64,000 bases of DNA, from contig CAZSOI010000040.1 of NCBI GenBank assembly GCA_964608115.1, positions 3,818-67,817 of the forward strand, written 5' to 3'. Position numbers and translations under genes: made by a program. Below are positions 36,903 to 46,473 of this stretch, in pieces. Origin of the DNA: an uncultured Burkholderiaceae bacterium. GTDB taxonomy: Bacteria > Pseudomonadota > Gammaproteobacteria > Burkholderiales > Burkholderiaceae_F. The notes under the pieces are model-generated. The model did not search any database and was not told where the DNA came from. It saw only the letters and a list, made by a program, of their open reading frames with translations. Position 1 is the first letter of the stretch; every line of letters starts with the position of its first letter.

Positions 36903-37790
36903 ATGCGTCCATTTGCCGACACCGAGGATCTGATCGGCAGACTTGAGCACGCCGGCTACATCGCCGAGCGCGGCTTGGCCGTGGCGCTCTTGTTAATGGC
37001 GCAGCTCCGGCGCCCCTTGCTGGTCGAAGGCGATGCGGGTGTGGGCAAGACCGAGATCGCAAAGGCGTTGGCGACCGCGTATGGCTGCGAGCTCATACGG
37101 CTGCAGTGTTACGAAGGCCTAGACGTCAACGCGGCGGTGTATGAGTGGAACTACCAGCGGCAACTGCTGGCTATCAAGATGCGCGAGGCCGAGGAGAGCT
37201 CGCTCGCCGAAAAAGAGCGCCACGTTTTTAGCGACGAGTACCTGTTGCAGCGCCCCTTGCTTCAGGCGATCCGTCGGCCCCAGCCCCCGGTGTTGCTCAT
37301 CGACGAAATCGATCGCGCCGATGAGCAGTTTGAGGCCTACCTACTGGAAGTACTTTCCGACTATCAGGTGAGCATCCCGGAACTTGGCACCGTCCGTGCG
37401 GTCAGTATTCCGCACGTCGTGTTGACCTCCAACGGCACCCGGGAGCTAAGCGATGCCCTGCGTCGGCGTTGTCTGTACCACTACCTGGACTACCCGAGCT
37501 TCGAGAAGGAACTGCGCATTGTCCTGCGGCGCGTACCGCAAATCGAAGAGCAACTTGCCGGTCAGATCGTGACCTTCGTGCAAAAGCTGCGCACCGAAGA
37601 GCTGCAAAAGCGCCCCGGTACGGCCGAGACGCTCGACTGGGCTGCAGCGCTCGTGCAGCTGCGCGTTAGCTCCCTTGATTCGAATCCGGATTTCATCGCC
37701 GACACGCTCGCGTGTTTGCTAAAGACCCGCGAAGACCTGGCCGCTGTGCCGCCGAGCGTCTCCGCACGGCTGTTGGCGCAATCGATATGA
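36903..37790 (+). CDS. coxD: MoxR-type AAA+ ATPase CoxD
   Basis: LLVEGDAGVGKTE, LQCYEGLD, LLIDEIDRAD, DALRRRC. Confidence 0.93.
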   Translation: MRPFADTEDLIGRLEHAGYIAERGLAVALLLMAQLRRPLLVEGDAGVGKTEIAKALATAYGCELIRLQCYEGLDVNAAVYEWNYQRQLLAIKMREAEESSLAEKERHVFSDEYLLQRPLLQAIRRPQPPVLLIDEIDRADEQFEAYLLEVLSDYQVSIPELGTVRAVSIPHVVLTSNGTRELSDALRRRCLYHYLDYPSFEKELRIVLRRVPQIEEQLAGQIVTFVQKLRTEELQKRPGTAETLDWAAALVQLRVSSLDSNPDFIADTLACLLKTREDLAAVPPSVSARLLAQSI

Positions 37791-38974
37791 AGCGGGGGCA
37801 CGCAATGACCACGACCCCAGAGGCTTCAGAGGCGCGAACTGCGCTCGCGAGGCGGCTGCCCGAGCGAATCGTGGAGTTCGTGCGCCTGATGCGAGCCAAC
37901 CATTATCGGGTTGGCATCCAAGAGGCCATCGATGCGCTGCAGGTTGCGCAATGCATCGATATCCTTGACGCGCGCCAGCTGCGCTGCGCGCTACGGTCCC
38001 TGTTGTGCTCCAATCCAGCAGACTGGAAGGGCTTTGATGCGCTTTTTGAGCGCTACTGGCAACACCAGAGCGCGGGCGCAATCGAGCTCACGGTCGGCGG
38101 TCGCATCGAGCGGCTCGAACCTGGAGCAATGCTTGGCCTGCAGATCAAGCCGGTGAGCGCGACCAACAGCCGGCGCGAGGACGCTTGGCGTGAGGCGCTG
38201 CGCGTGGGTGCGAGTCCTCACGAGGCCATGACGCGCAGCGACTTTCGGCTTGCGCAGCTGCACGAGAACACCTGGCCGCTCGAGCAATGGATCGAGGCTC
38301 TGGCGCGGCGCATGCGCAAGCGGTTGCTGCGGCGACACCATGTCAGCAACCTTGGGCACCGAATCCACGTGCGCCGCACCATCCGACGCAGCCTCACCTA
38401 CGGCGGATTGCCGCTGGATCTGATCTACCGAGAACGGCGCCGCGAATTACCGCGCCTGGTTCTTATCATCGATGTAAGTCGATCGATGAACGCATATAGC
38501 TACTTTTTTCTGCGGTTTGCGCGCGGCATTGTCGATGCCTTTCAAAATACCGATGCGTTTGCCTTTCACACGCGCCTGGTTCACATCGTCGATACCCTGC
38601 GAGAGCCCGATCGCCATCGTTTGAAGGAAAAACTCGCCTGGATTGCAGCCGGCTGGGGGGGCGGCACGCGCATCGGCGAGAGTCTGCAGGCATTTAATCG
38701 CGAATACGCGCGCCGCCTCGTGGATTCGCATACCTTCGTTTTTATCCTCAGCGACGGCTACGACACGGGTGCACCCGAGCTGCTGGGCGAGCAGTTGCGC
38801 CGGCTGCAGCAAAGAGCCAAGCGCATCGTGTGGCTCAACCCGCTTATGGGTCGCACCGACTACGCCCCGATTGCAAGCGGCATGCAGGCTGCATTGCCGT
38901 ATCTCGATCTGCTGGCGCCAGCGCACAACCTGGAGAGCCTGATGAAGATCGAGCAGATGCTGCTTCGCCTGTAG
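37787..38974 (+). CDS. coxE: VWA-domain protein CoxE
   Basis: IDVSRSM (MIDAS-like), AFHTRL, WGGGTRIG, ILSDGYDTG, WLNPL; ATGA overlap with coxD. Confidence 0.92.
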   Translation: MKRGHAMTTTPEASEARTALARRLPERIVEFVRLMRANHYRVGIQEAIDALQVAQCIDILDARQLRCALRSLLCSNPADWKGFDALFERYWQHQSAGAIELTVGGRIERLEPGAMLGLQIKPVSATNSRREDAWREALRVGASPHEAMTRSDFRLAQLHENTWPLEQWIEALARRMRKRLLRRHHVSNLGHRIHVRRTIRRSLTYGGLPLDLIYRERRRELPRLVLIIDVSRSMNAYSYFFLRFARGIVDAFQNTDAFAFHTRLVHIVDTLREPDRHRLKEKLAWIAAGWGGGTRIGESLQAFNREYARRLVDSHTFVFILSDGYDTGAPELLGEQLRRLQQRAKRIVWLNPLMGRTDYAPIASGMQAALPYLDLLAPAHNLESLMKIEQMLLRL

Positions 38975-38986
38975 GAAAAAGCCGCC

Positions 38987-39216
38987 ATGGGATCGCTTGC
39001 ACCGGCCCAGCATCGGATGGCGCGCGTCATTATCCGGATCCCGTCTGCGGCATGCCGGTCGATGCGACCAAAGTGTGCTTCGCGTTCGATTTCGAGGAGT
39101 CGCGGCTTTTCTTTTGCTGCGAGGGTCGCCGCTTGGCGTTCGCGCGCGAGCCTGCGTGTTTCGCCGCTGACCGCGCGGCCTTGCCGCATGCGAGTGCATC
39201 GGGGATGCTGATGTGA
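38987..39216 (+). pseudogene. YHS-domain small protein with an apparent 1-nt frameshift
   Basis: DPVCGMPVD...FFCCEG...F..EP is in the frame ending at TGA 39216, which overlaps the next GTG but has no nearby start. The RBS-preceded ATG at 38987 is one base out of frame; adding one G near 39036 gives MARVIIRDPVCGM. Could be a sequencing error. Confidence 0.7.
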
Positions 39217-39860
39217 GCAGCGCTACGACTTGCTTTTCGGCCATCGTGCTGGCAGCCGGCACCTCCGCGCGCATGCGCGGTGCGCACAAACTGTTGTTGC
39301 CCATTGACGATGAGCCGCTCATCCGCCGCACCGTTCGTGCGGTGCTCGCCGCCAAGCCGCAAGAGCTGGTCGTCGTGACCGGTTTTCAGGAAGTTGCGAT
39401 ACGCGCTGCTCTCACCGATCTGCCGATCCGAGTGCAGTTCAACCCCTCGTTCGAACAGGGCCAGATGAGCTCCGTGACGGCCGGCGTGCGCGCGCTGACC
39501 TTGCCCGCCGATGCAGTCATGGTGTGTCTGGGAGACATGGTCCTGCTAACAGGCGAAGATTATCGGGAGTTGGTCGAGGTTTTTGCGCGGCGCGCCGAAC
39601 GCTCCATCGTTGTGCCGCGTTTTGAAGGACAGCGCGGCAATCCCGTGCTCATCGATGGCAGGTACTTACCGCAACTGCTTGCAGAACAACGCAATCTGGG
39701 CTGTCGCAAGCTCGTCGCGGATTATCCGCAAGAGGTGCTTGCGTACGATGCGCCACACGACCGCTTCGTGGTCGACGTTGACACCCCCGAAGACTATGCG
39801 CGAGTTGTGCGCCGAGTCGCATCCCTGCGGCCTCGGACGGCGCAAGGTGGTGCCACATGA
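39213..39860 (+). CDS. mocA: Molybdenum cofactor cytidylyltransferase-like NTP transferase (MocA family)
   Basis: AIVLAAGTSARM...KLLL, GQMSSV..G, LGDMVL, GQRGNPVL, DVDTPEDY; MCD cofactor context of CODH. Confidence 0.82.
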   Translation: MSSATTCFSAIVLAAGTSARMRGAHKLLLPIDDEPLIRRTVRAVLAAKPQELVVVTGFQEVAIRAALTDLPIRVQFNPSFEQGQMSSVTAGVRALTLPADAVMVCLGDMVLLTGEDYRELVEVFARRAERSIVVPRFEGQRGNPVLIDGRYLPQLLAEQRNLGCRKLVADYPQEVLAYDAPHDRFVVDVDTPEDYARVVRRVASLRPRTAQGGAT

Positions 39861-40531
39861 TGCGCACGGGCGCTGCGGCATGGAGCCGCACTGCCTCTGG
39901 CCTGCTCGCCGCCGCGAGCCTGCTAGGTCTGATGGGATGGGCCTGGCGGCTGTCGGCGATAAGCGTTCAGCACGATACGGTGTGGATCGAACTCACGATC
40001 TTCGCCACGATCGGTGGCGTTGTGGCACTAGGTTGGCTGCGATCGCCGCGCGTGGCGATAACGGCGCCACAAATCATGTTGCTGCTGGGCGCTGTCGGGA
40101 TGGTAGCCGGTCTTGCCTACGACGAGCGCTCGGGAGGTTTCACCGCGCTCGTTTCTCTGTGCCAAGCCGGAAGGGGAGACTTTTTTGGCACGATGCGACT
40201 GCACTGGCAGCTGCTGCCCGCAATGCATCTTGGAATGATCGCAGGTGGACTGGCGACGGTTCCGCTCTTGCGCACCTTGCGTCGTGGCTGCCGGCGACAG
40301 TTTTGCGCGCGCCTGGTACAAAACCTCGCGTGCTCGGCTTGGATGATCGTTGGCATGAGCGCCGGAGTGCTCGGCTTCTCAGAGCTGGCGAACTGGGCCG
40401 GGGGACGCAGCCCAACTGCCATGTTAGGTGGCATGTTTGCGGGCATGGTGTGGGGTATGGTCGCTAGCGTCGCTCTGTATCGGCTGTGGTTTGTATTCGT
40501 TGCGCCCCGGCTGGGCCAGGAAAACGCGTAG
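39857..40531 (+). CDS. Hypothetical Met/Cys/His-rich integral membrane protein
   Basis: About 6 hydrophobic segments with GMVAG, SLC, MHLGMIAGG, CRRQFC, CSAWMIVGM, MLGGMFAGMVWGM; ATGA-coupled to mocA. Confidence 0.75.
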   Translation: MMRTGAAAWSRTASGLLAAASLLGLMGWAWRLSAISVQHDTVWIELTIFATIGGVVALGWLRSPRVAITAPQIMLLLGAVGMVAGLAYDERSGGFTALVSLCQAGRGDFFGTMRLHWQLLPAMHLGMIAGGLATVPLLRTLRRGCRRQFCARLVQNLACSAWMIVGMSAGVLGFSELANWAGGRSPTAMLGGMFAGMVWGMVASVALYRLWFVFVAPRLGQENA

Positions 40532-40934
40532 GCGACAGCAGCAACGATGTCGGCTGTTTTTGCACGCATTAGAAGCCTGCAATTTGTCTTACGTTTCCCG
40601 GCAGCACATTGCAATTGCAAGGCAAGGGCGGGCCCAAGACGCGGATGGGGGCGCCGGCCAACCAAGTTGCGGCGCCCGCGCTCTTTTTATGAGCAGCCGA
40701 CAACCATTTGCTGAGCCCATCTTGGCGTTTGCGAGCCTTCTGGCCGCAGCGGTATGAACGCAGCTGGGCAGTGCCCGCTCCGCAGTTGGGCGCACGCATT
40801 GCATCACCCCTACAATTGCGGCCTGCGAGGCGCCGATTGCGGATGGCGGATTTCGCGTTTAAGGGTGCGTACTGCCCAAGCCAGTACGCCGAGCTGGCAA
40901 GGCCCCAGGCGAATCTTGATACGAGGAGAGCGCG

Positions 40935-41975
40935 TTGAGCAGCACCCGAGTTCAATCGCCGTCCTGGCTCTTGGCAGACGTGGGCGGCACGAACGTGCGC
41001 TTTGCCCTGGCGCAGCCCGCCGCCGTTGTGCCGCTATTAAGCGAGAGCATCCGCGCGTATCGGGTTGCGGATTTCCTCTCCTTGGCCGATGCCGCCCGAT
41101 CCTATCTACGAACTCTTGCGAGCCGGCCAGAGCATGCGGTGTTCGCGCTCGCTGGCCGAGTGGAAAACGGTCACGTGAAGATGACCAATCATCCTTGGTC
41201 GGTATCGGCCGCGCAGCTGCAAAGCGACTTGGCACTGCAATCGGTTCAGCTCATTAATGATTTTGCTGCCATCAGCATGGGGTTACCGCTTTTGCAGCGC
41301 GACGATGTAATGGCGCTCGGCCACGGTGCCGATGTGATCTGCCGTCGAGCAAGAGCGCAGACTTTTTGTGTCTTGGGCCCGGGTACCGGTCTGGGAATTT
41401 CGGCATTGACGGTCCGCGACGGACGCATCGAAACACTGCAAACCGAGGGTGGGCATGTCGGGTTTGCACCGACTTCGTCGGAGGAAATTGCCATATTGCG
41501 CCAACTCATGGACCGCTTCGGCCGCGTATCCATCGAACGGGTGCTTTGCGGTAGCGGACTTGTCAATGTCTACCAGGCCATCTGCGCGACCGACACGATC
41601 GAGGCTTCGCCGCTAGCGCCGGAGGAAATCACCGAACGTGCCCGACAGCTGACCGATCCGCCGTGTGTGCGAGCTGTTGAGATGTTCTGCGATATTTTGG
41701 GCTCAGTGGCGGGTGACTGTGTATTGAGCTACGGCGCCTGGGACGGTGTCTACTTGGCCGGCGGCATGCTTGCGCCCTTATCGCCGTGGCTACAGCAAGG
41801 CAGGTTCCGACTGCGTTTTGACAATAAGGGTCGTTTCGCACAGGCCGTAGGCCGGGTACCCGTGGCCCTTATCACCCATTCGCAGCCCGGGCTGCTGGGA
41901 GCGGCCGCATACGCGGTGCTCGCATCCGGAAGATCCCCGTTGCGAAACGTCGATCCCATGCCCAATAAAACATGA
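40935..41975 (+). CDS. glk: Glucokinase
   Basis: LADVGGTNVRF, INDFAA, GPGTGLG, TEGGH, GVYLAGG. Confidence 0.95.
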   Translation: MSSTRVQSPSWLLADVGGTNVRFALAQPAAVVPLLSESIRAYRVADFLSLADAARSYLRTLASRPEHAVFALAGRVENGHVKMTNHPWSVSAAQLQSDLALQSVQLINDFAAISMGLPLLQRDDVMALGHGADVICRRARAQTFCVLGPGTGLGISALTVRDGRIETLQTEGGHVGFAPTSSEEIAILRQLMDRFGRVSIERVLCGSGLVNVYQAICATDTIEASPLAPEEITERARQLTDPPCVRAVEMFCDILGSVAGDCVLSYGAWDGVYLAGGMLAPLSPWLQQGRFRLRFDNKGRFAQAVGRVPVALITHSQPGLLGAAAYAVLASGRSPLRNVDPMPNKT

Positions 41976-42091
41976 GGCAATGACAGGGCTGCTGCGCCAC
42001 CTGTTCGTGTTAGCCCCGATGTGGGATCCGCCGGCTCGCTCGAGGTAGTTCAATACGGCACCTTTTATTTCTTTTGCAATCGAACTTTGTG

Positions 42092-42670
42092 ATGACGGAC
42101 ACGAATAATTCTTCGAGCGCAGTGGAAGTCGCGACGCCGGTGCGCAGGGTCCATCCCATGGTGGCAACGGCGGCAGTGGCTGTTACCGCGGTGTGTGCAA
42201 TTGCCGCGGTCCAGTTTCTTTCACCGCAAAATGCGCGCTCGGCGGCGCAACCCGGAGCCGCGGTGCCGGCCTCACCAAGTGCAACTTCGTCGGCGCCCGC
42301 GCTACCCACGGGTGCCGCATCGCCAACCGCTTCGGTTTGTCCCGACTGCGGCGAGATCGTCAATATCCGCGCCTCGCGTCAGGAGGGCAGCGGCACCGGC
42401 TTGGGGGCCGTTGCCGGGGGTCTGCTGGGCGCCGTGGTGGGACATCAGTTAGGTGCCGGACACGGCAAACAGGCCATGACGGTGGTAGGGGCCGTCGGTG
42501 GCGCCGTGGCCGGCAATGAGGTGGAAAAACAATCCAAGGCGCAAACGCTATACCTTGTCGATGTGCGCATGGCCGACGGCTCGGCGCGAACCGTCACGCA
42601 GAGCTCGGCGCCAAGTCTTGCCATTGGCACAAAGGTGCGGGTGAGCGGCAACACCATCGTGGCGCGATAG
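42092..42670 (+). CDS. Glycine-zipper 2TM outer-envelope protein
   Basis: CPDCGEI, GTGLGAVAGGLLGAVVGHQLGAGHG, GAVGGAVAGNEVEK, VRMADGS; start at 42092 or 42074. Confidence 0.85.
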   Translation: MTDTNNSSSAVEVATPVRRVHPMVATAAVAVTAVCAIAAVQFLSPQNARSAAQPGAAVPASPSATSSAPALPTGAASPTASVCPDCGEIVNIRASRQEGSGTGLGAVAGGLLGAVVGHQLGAGHGKQAMTVVGAVGGAVAGNEVEKQSKAQTLYLVDVRMADGSARTVTQSSAPSLAIGTKVRVSGNTIVAR

Positions 42671-43251
42671 CGCACACCGTAGCATTCAACGATATTGGCG
42701 GCCGGAGCCCCACGCGCGCTCCTGGTGCCTGGTCCTCATGTCAGAGGCTAGTGCACGCATGGTCTTAATGGCTTTGTCCAGCCTTCCCTATTGGACTCCG
42801 TTACCGCGCGCAAGGCCGTGCACCAGGCATTTCGTGTCTTTTCCGATGCAGTTGCGTTGTGCTCGATGCAAGCGCAATTTACGCGAGGCCACAGCTGCGT
42901 CCCAAGCGGTGTAGGCTGGTGAATGGAGCCGCATTTTTTGCCTGGTCGCCCGCTGGCCTAAGCGCAGCACGTAGCGCCCCGGCCGCTAAGGATCGGCGCT
43001 ATCGATCTTGCCGTGGCAGTCGACCGCGGCTTGCGCCAATTAAGGCAATTGCCCGGTACAAGAGACCAATCACGGCGCACCTGCGGGGTCTTGCCGCCGG
43101 ATGGCGCTCCAAAACTCGCCCCGGCGAGCGCCTCGCGCGCTTGCATGGTGGCGAGGTTGTACGCAGCATGTGTTTCCTGCGCTAGATTTGAGGCAACGCG
43201 CCAATCCGACGCAGCGCCGGCGCCTTGTCCAGACCCAGCGGAGGCAAGAAC

Positions 43252-44061
43252 ATGGAGGAGCAATCGCGCAGCATCCTTTGGAAGTCGATCGGCGCGACCG
43301 CCGTCGTCCTTATCGTCCTTGCGGCTGCAGGCTACTACTGGTATCAGCGCAACTCCGGAACCGGGACGGTCGCGCCACCCGAGGCGCCCGCGCCCGCCGC
43401 CTTGGCACCGGCTCCCGCTCCCAAGGCCGAGTCCGAGTACCTATATCCCATCGATGAGGCCGACTCCGATCACACGACAGCGCTGGATCAAAGCGACGCC
43501 AAGCTACTCGATGCGATCGGCCATTTGCAGGGCTGGCCTGCGAGCGCCTTGCGGCTACTGGTGCCAAAGGACCTGGTGCGCCACATCGTGGCGACGGTCG
43601 ATGGTCTGACGCGCGAGAAGCTCTCGCTTCAGGTGCTTCCTACCCGGCCGGTGAACGGACTGATGCAGATAACCGGTTCGGCCAAGAGCGCCACGATTGC
43701 CGCAACTAACGCACAGCGCTATGCGCCCTATATTCAGGCGTTAACCGCGGTGGATACGGCGCAGCTCGGTGCGCTGTATCGGCACTTTTATCCGCTTTTT
43801 CAGCAGGCCTATCGCGAGCTTGGCTACCCTAAGGGATACTTCAATGATCGTCTTGTCGAGGTAATCGACGATATGCTGGAGGCGCCCGAACCTAAACCCC
43901 CGATCCCCGTCGTTGCGCCGCGCGCGATGTTTCACTACGTCGACCCGGATTTGGAAGCGCTCGACTGCGGGCAAAAAATCCTCGTGCGTGTCGGCGCCGC
44001 CAACGAGAGCGCTATCAAGACCAAATTGCGCGAGATTCGCGCGGCCGTCACGGCGCGCTAA
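43252..44061 (+). CDS. DUF3014-like membrane-anchored protein
   Basis: N-terminal TM, Pro/Ala linker, N..RYAPY, LYRHFYPLFQQAYRELGYP..YFNDRL, DPDLEAL..GQKILVR.G..N. Confidence 0.8.
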   Translation: MEEQSRSILWKSIGATAVVLIVLAAAGYYWYQRNSGTGTVAPPEAPAPAALAPAPAPKAESEYLYPIDEADSDHTTALDQSDAKLLDAIGHLQGWPASALRLLVPKDLVRHIVATVDGLTREKLSLQVLPTRPVNGLMQITGSAKSATIAATNAQRYAPYIQALTAVDTAQLGALYRHFYPLFQQAYRELGYPKGYFNDRLVEVIDDMLEAPEPKPPIPVVAPRAMFHYVDPDLEALDCGQKILVRVGAANESAIKTKLREIRAAVTAR

Positions 44062-44079
44062 GACCGCGCGCCATCCGTG

Positions 44080-46329
44080 CTACTCGCGAACGCAATCCAG
44101 ACAGTATTCGATCTGGCCGTTGCGCTCGCGCTTGACCAAACCGTGAATATCGGTTTCAAATCCCGGAAACAGGGCGTTGAACTCGCGCACGAACTTTAAG
44201 TAGTTGACGATCTGCGAATTGACCCGTTCGCCGGGGATCAGCAACGGAATGCCCGGCGGGTAGGGAGTGAGCAACACGCCGCACACGCGTCCTGCGATTT
44301 CGTCAATCGGCACGCGATCGATGTCGTTGTGGGCCATGCGCGCGTACGCCTTGGCCGGGATCATCACCGGCTCCATGTCGGACGTGTACATTTCCGTCGT
44401 CAGTCGCGCAATGTCGCTGGCGCGATAAATCGAGTGGATCGCCTGGCACAGGTCGCGAAGCCCCAGGGTTTCGTAGCGTGGCTGCGCGCGCAAAAATTCG
44501 GGCATGACTCGCCACAACGGGTGATTGTTGTCGTAGTCATCTTTGAACTGTTGCAACTCCGTCACCAGAGTATTCCAGCGACCCTTGGTGATTCCGATCG
44601 TGAACATGATGAAAAACGAGTACAAGCCCGTTTTCTCGACGACAATGCCGTGCTCGGTCAGGTATTTGGTCAATACCGCTGCCGGTATGCCGGTTGCGTC
44701 AAATGATCCGTCCACATCAAGGCCCGGCGTGATAATGGTGGCCTTGATCGGGTCGAGCAGATTAAAGCCCGGCTCGAGTTCACCAAATCCGTGCCAACGC
44801 TCCCCGGCGCGCAGCATCCAGTAATCGCGCTGCGGCTGGCCTTCGGGCAGCGGGGCCTCCGGCCCCCAGACCTGGAACCACCACGAATCGCCGTACTCGG
44901 CATCGATCTTGCGCATCGCGCGGCGAAAATCCAGCGCTTCGGTCAATGACTCTTCCACCAGCGCGGGGCCTCCCGGGGGCTCCATCATTGCCGCTGCCAC
45001 GTCGCACGACGCGATGATCGCGTACTGGGGCGAGGTCGACGTGTGCATCATGTATGCCTCGTTAAAGGTCCATCGATCGAGGCTTTCGCTTTGCGAATTC
45101 TGGATCAGGATCTGCGAGGCCTGCGAAAGGCCTGCGAGCAGCTTGTGCACGGATTGGGTTGAGAAGACCATGGTGTTACGGGGCCGTGTGCGCGGCGAAC
45201 CAACACCGCCAATGGCATGCATGTGGCGGTAAAAATTGTGAAAGGCAGCGTGCGGCAGCCAGGCTTCGTCAAATAGGAAGGAATCGACTTTGCCATCGAG
45301 CAGGGATTTGATCGTCTCGACGTTATAGACAATGCCGTCATAGGTGCTCTGCGTGATGGTCAGCACGCGCGGCTTGCCTTCGTCGCCGCGCACGAGGGGA
45401 TGTTCACGAATTCGGGCCTCGACGGTTTCCCAGCGAAATTCCTCGAGCGGAATCGGCCCGATGATGCCGTAGTGGTTGCGCGTGGGCTTGAGAAATACGG
45501 GTATCGCCCCCGTCACCGTGATTGCATGCAGCACGGACTTGTGGCAATTGCGGTCGACGACCACCACGTCGCCGGGTGCCACGATGTAATTCCAGACGAT
45601 TTTGTTGGATGTCGAAGTGCCGTTGGTGACGAAAAACAGGTGATCGGCGCCAAAGATGCGCGCGGCATTGCGCTCGGCGGCTGCAACCGGACCGGTGTGA
45701 TCGAGCAATTGTCCGAGTTCGTCCACCGCGTTGCATACGTCGGCACGCAGGAGATTTTCGCCAAAGAACTGGTGAAACATGCGGCCCACGGGACTTTTGA
45801 GAAACGCCACGCCCCCCGAGTGACCCGGGCAATGCCAGGAATACGAGCTGTCCTGCGCATACTGGGTCAGCGCGCGGAAAAACGGTGGCGCCAGGCCGTC
45901 AAGATAGGAGCGTGCCTCGCGCGCGATGTAGCGCGCGACAAATTCAGGCGTGTCCTCGTGCATGTGGATGAAGCCGTGCAACTCGCGCAAGATATCGTTG
46001 GGCAGATGGCGCGAGGTGCGCGTCTCGCCGTACAGAAATATCGGAATGTCCGCGTTGCGGAACCGGATTTCCTCGAGAAACGCGCGCAAGTCAGCAACAA
46101 TCGGGCTGCCTTCGGTCGCGGGCAACTCCTCGTCGTCCACCGACAAGATAAACGCCGAGGCGCGGCTGTGCTGCTGAGCAAAACCACTGACATCGCTAAA
46201 GCTCGTTGCGCCGATGATCTCCACGCCTTCCTCCTCGAGCGCGCGCGTTAAGGCGCGGATGCCCACACCGCTGGCATTTTCCGAGCGGAAGTCCTCGTCG
46301 ATTACGACGATGGGGAAGTGAAAGCGCAT
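44080..46329 (-). CDS. Orn/Lys/Arg decarboxylase (AdiA/LdcC-type with wing domain)
   Basis: MRFHFPIVVIDEDFRSEN, WHCPGHSGG, DRNCHKS, FDEAW, STQSVHKLLAG (PLP Lys), PYPPGIP. Substrate cannot be assigned from sequence alone. Confidence 0.93.
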   Translation of the reverse strand: MRFHFPIVVIDEDFRSENASGVGIRALTRALEEEGVEIIGATSFSDVSGFAQQHSRASAFILSVDDEELPATEGSPIVADLRAFLEEIRFRNADIPIFLYGETRTSRHLPNDILRELHGFIHMHEDTPEFVARYIAREARSYLDGLAPPFFRALTQYAQDSSYSWHCPGHSGGVAFLKSPVGRMFHQFFGENLLRADVCNAVDELGQLLDHTGPVAAAERNAARIFGADHLFFVTNGTSTSNKIVWNYIVAPGDVVVVDRNCHKSVLHAITVTGAIPVFLKPTRNHYGIIGPIPLEEFRWETVEARIREHPLVRGDEGKPRVLTITQSTYDGIVYNVETIKSLLDGKVDSFLFDEAWLPHAAFHNFYRHMHAIGGVGSPRTRPRNTMVFSTQSVHKLLAGLSQASQILIQNSQSESLDRWTFNEAYMMHTSTSPQYAIIASCDVAAAMMEPPGGPALVEESLTEALDFRRAMRKIDAEYGDSWWFQVWGPEAPLPEGQPQRDYWMLRAGERWHGFGELEPGFNLLDPIKATIITPGLDVDGSFDATGIPAAVLTKYLTEHGIVVEKTGLYSFFIMFTIGITKGRWNTLVTELQQFKDDYDNNHPLWRVMPEFLRAQPRYETLGLRDLCQAIHSIYRASDIARLTTEMYTSDMEPVMIPAKAYARMAHNDIDRVPIDEIAGRVCGVLLTPYPPGIPLLIPGERVNSQIVNYLKFVREFNALFPGFETDIHGLVKRERNGQIEYCLDCVRE

Positions 46330-46473
46330 GGTCATAGCAGTTCGGAATCTTCTGTGAGGGTGCCACGCTGACACCGTCACGGGATGCAAAGTTCGAGGAC
46401 CCGGACTGTATACGATTGCGGGCACGAGCGTGCGCGATTTTCGGCGCCGCGCCGCTGCATGCGCCCTGCGTGC

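Noticed and set aside
42671-43251. 580-bp intergenic region as a riboswitch or sRNA
   Set aside because: No riboswitch consensus or strong terminator recognised; ORFs there look spurious.
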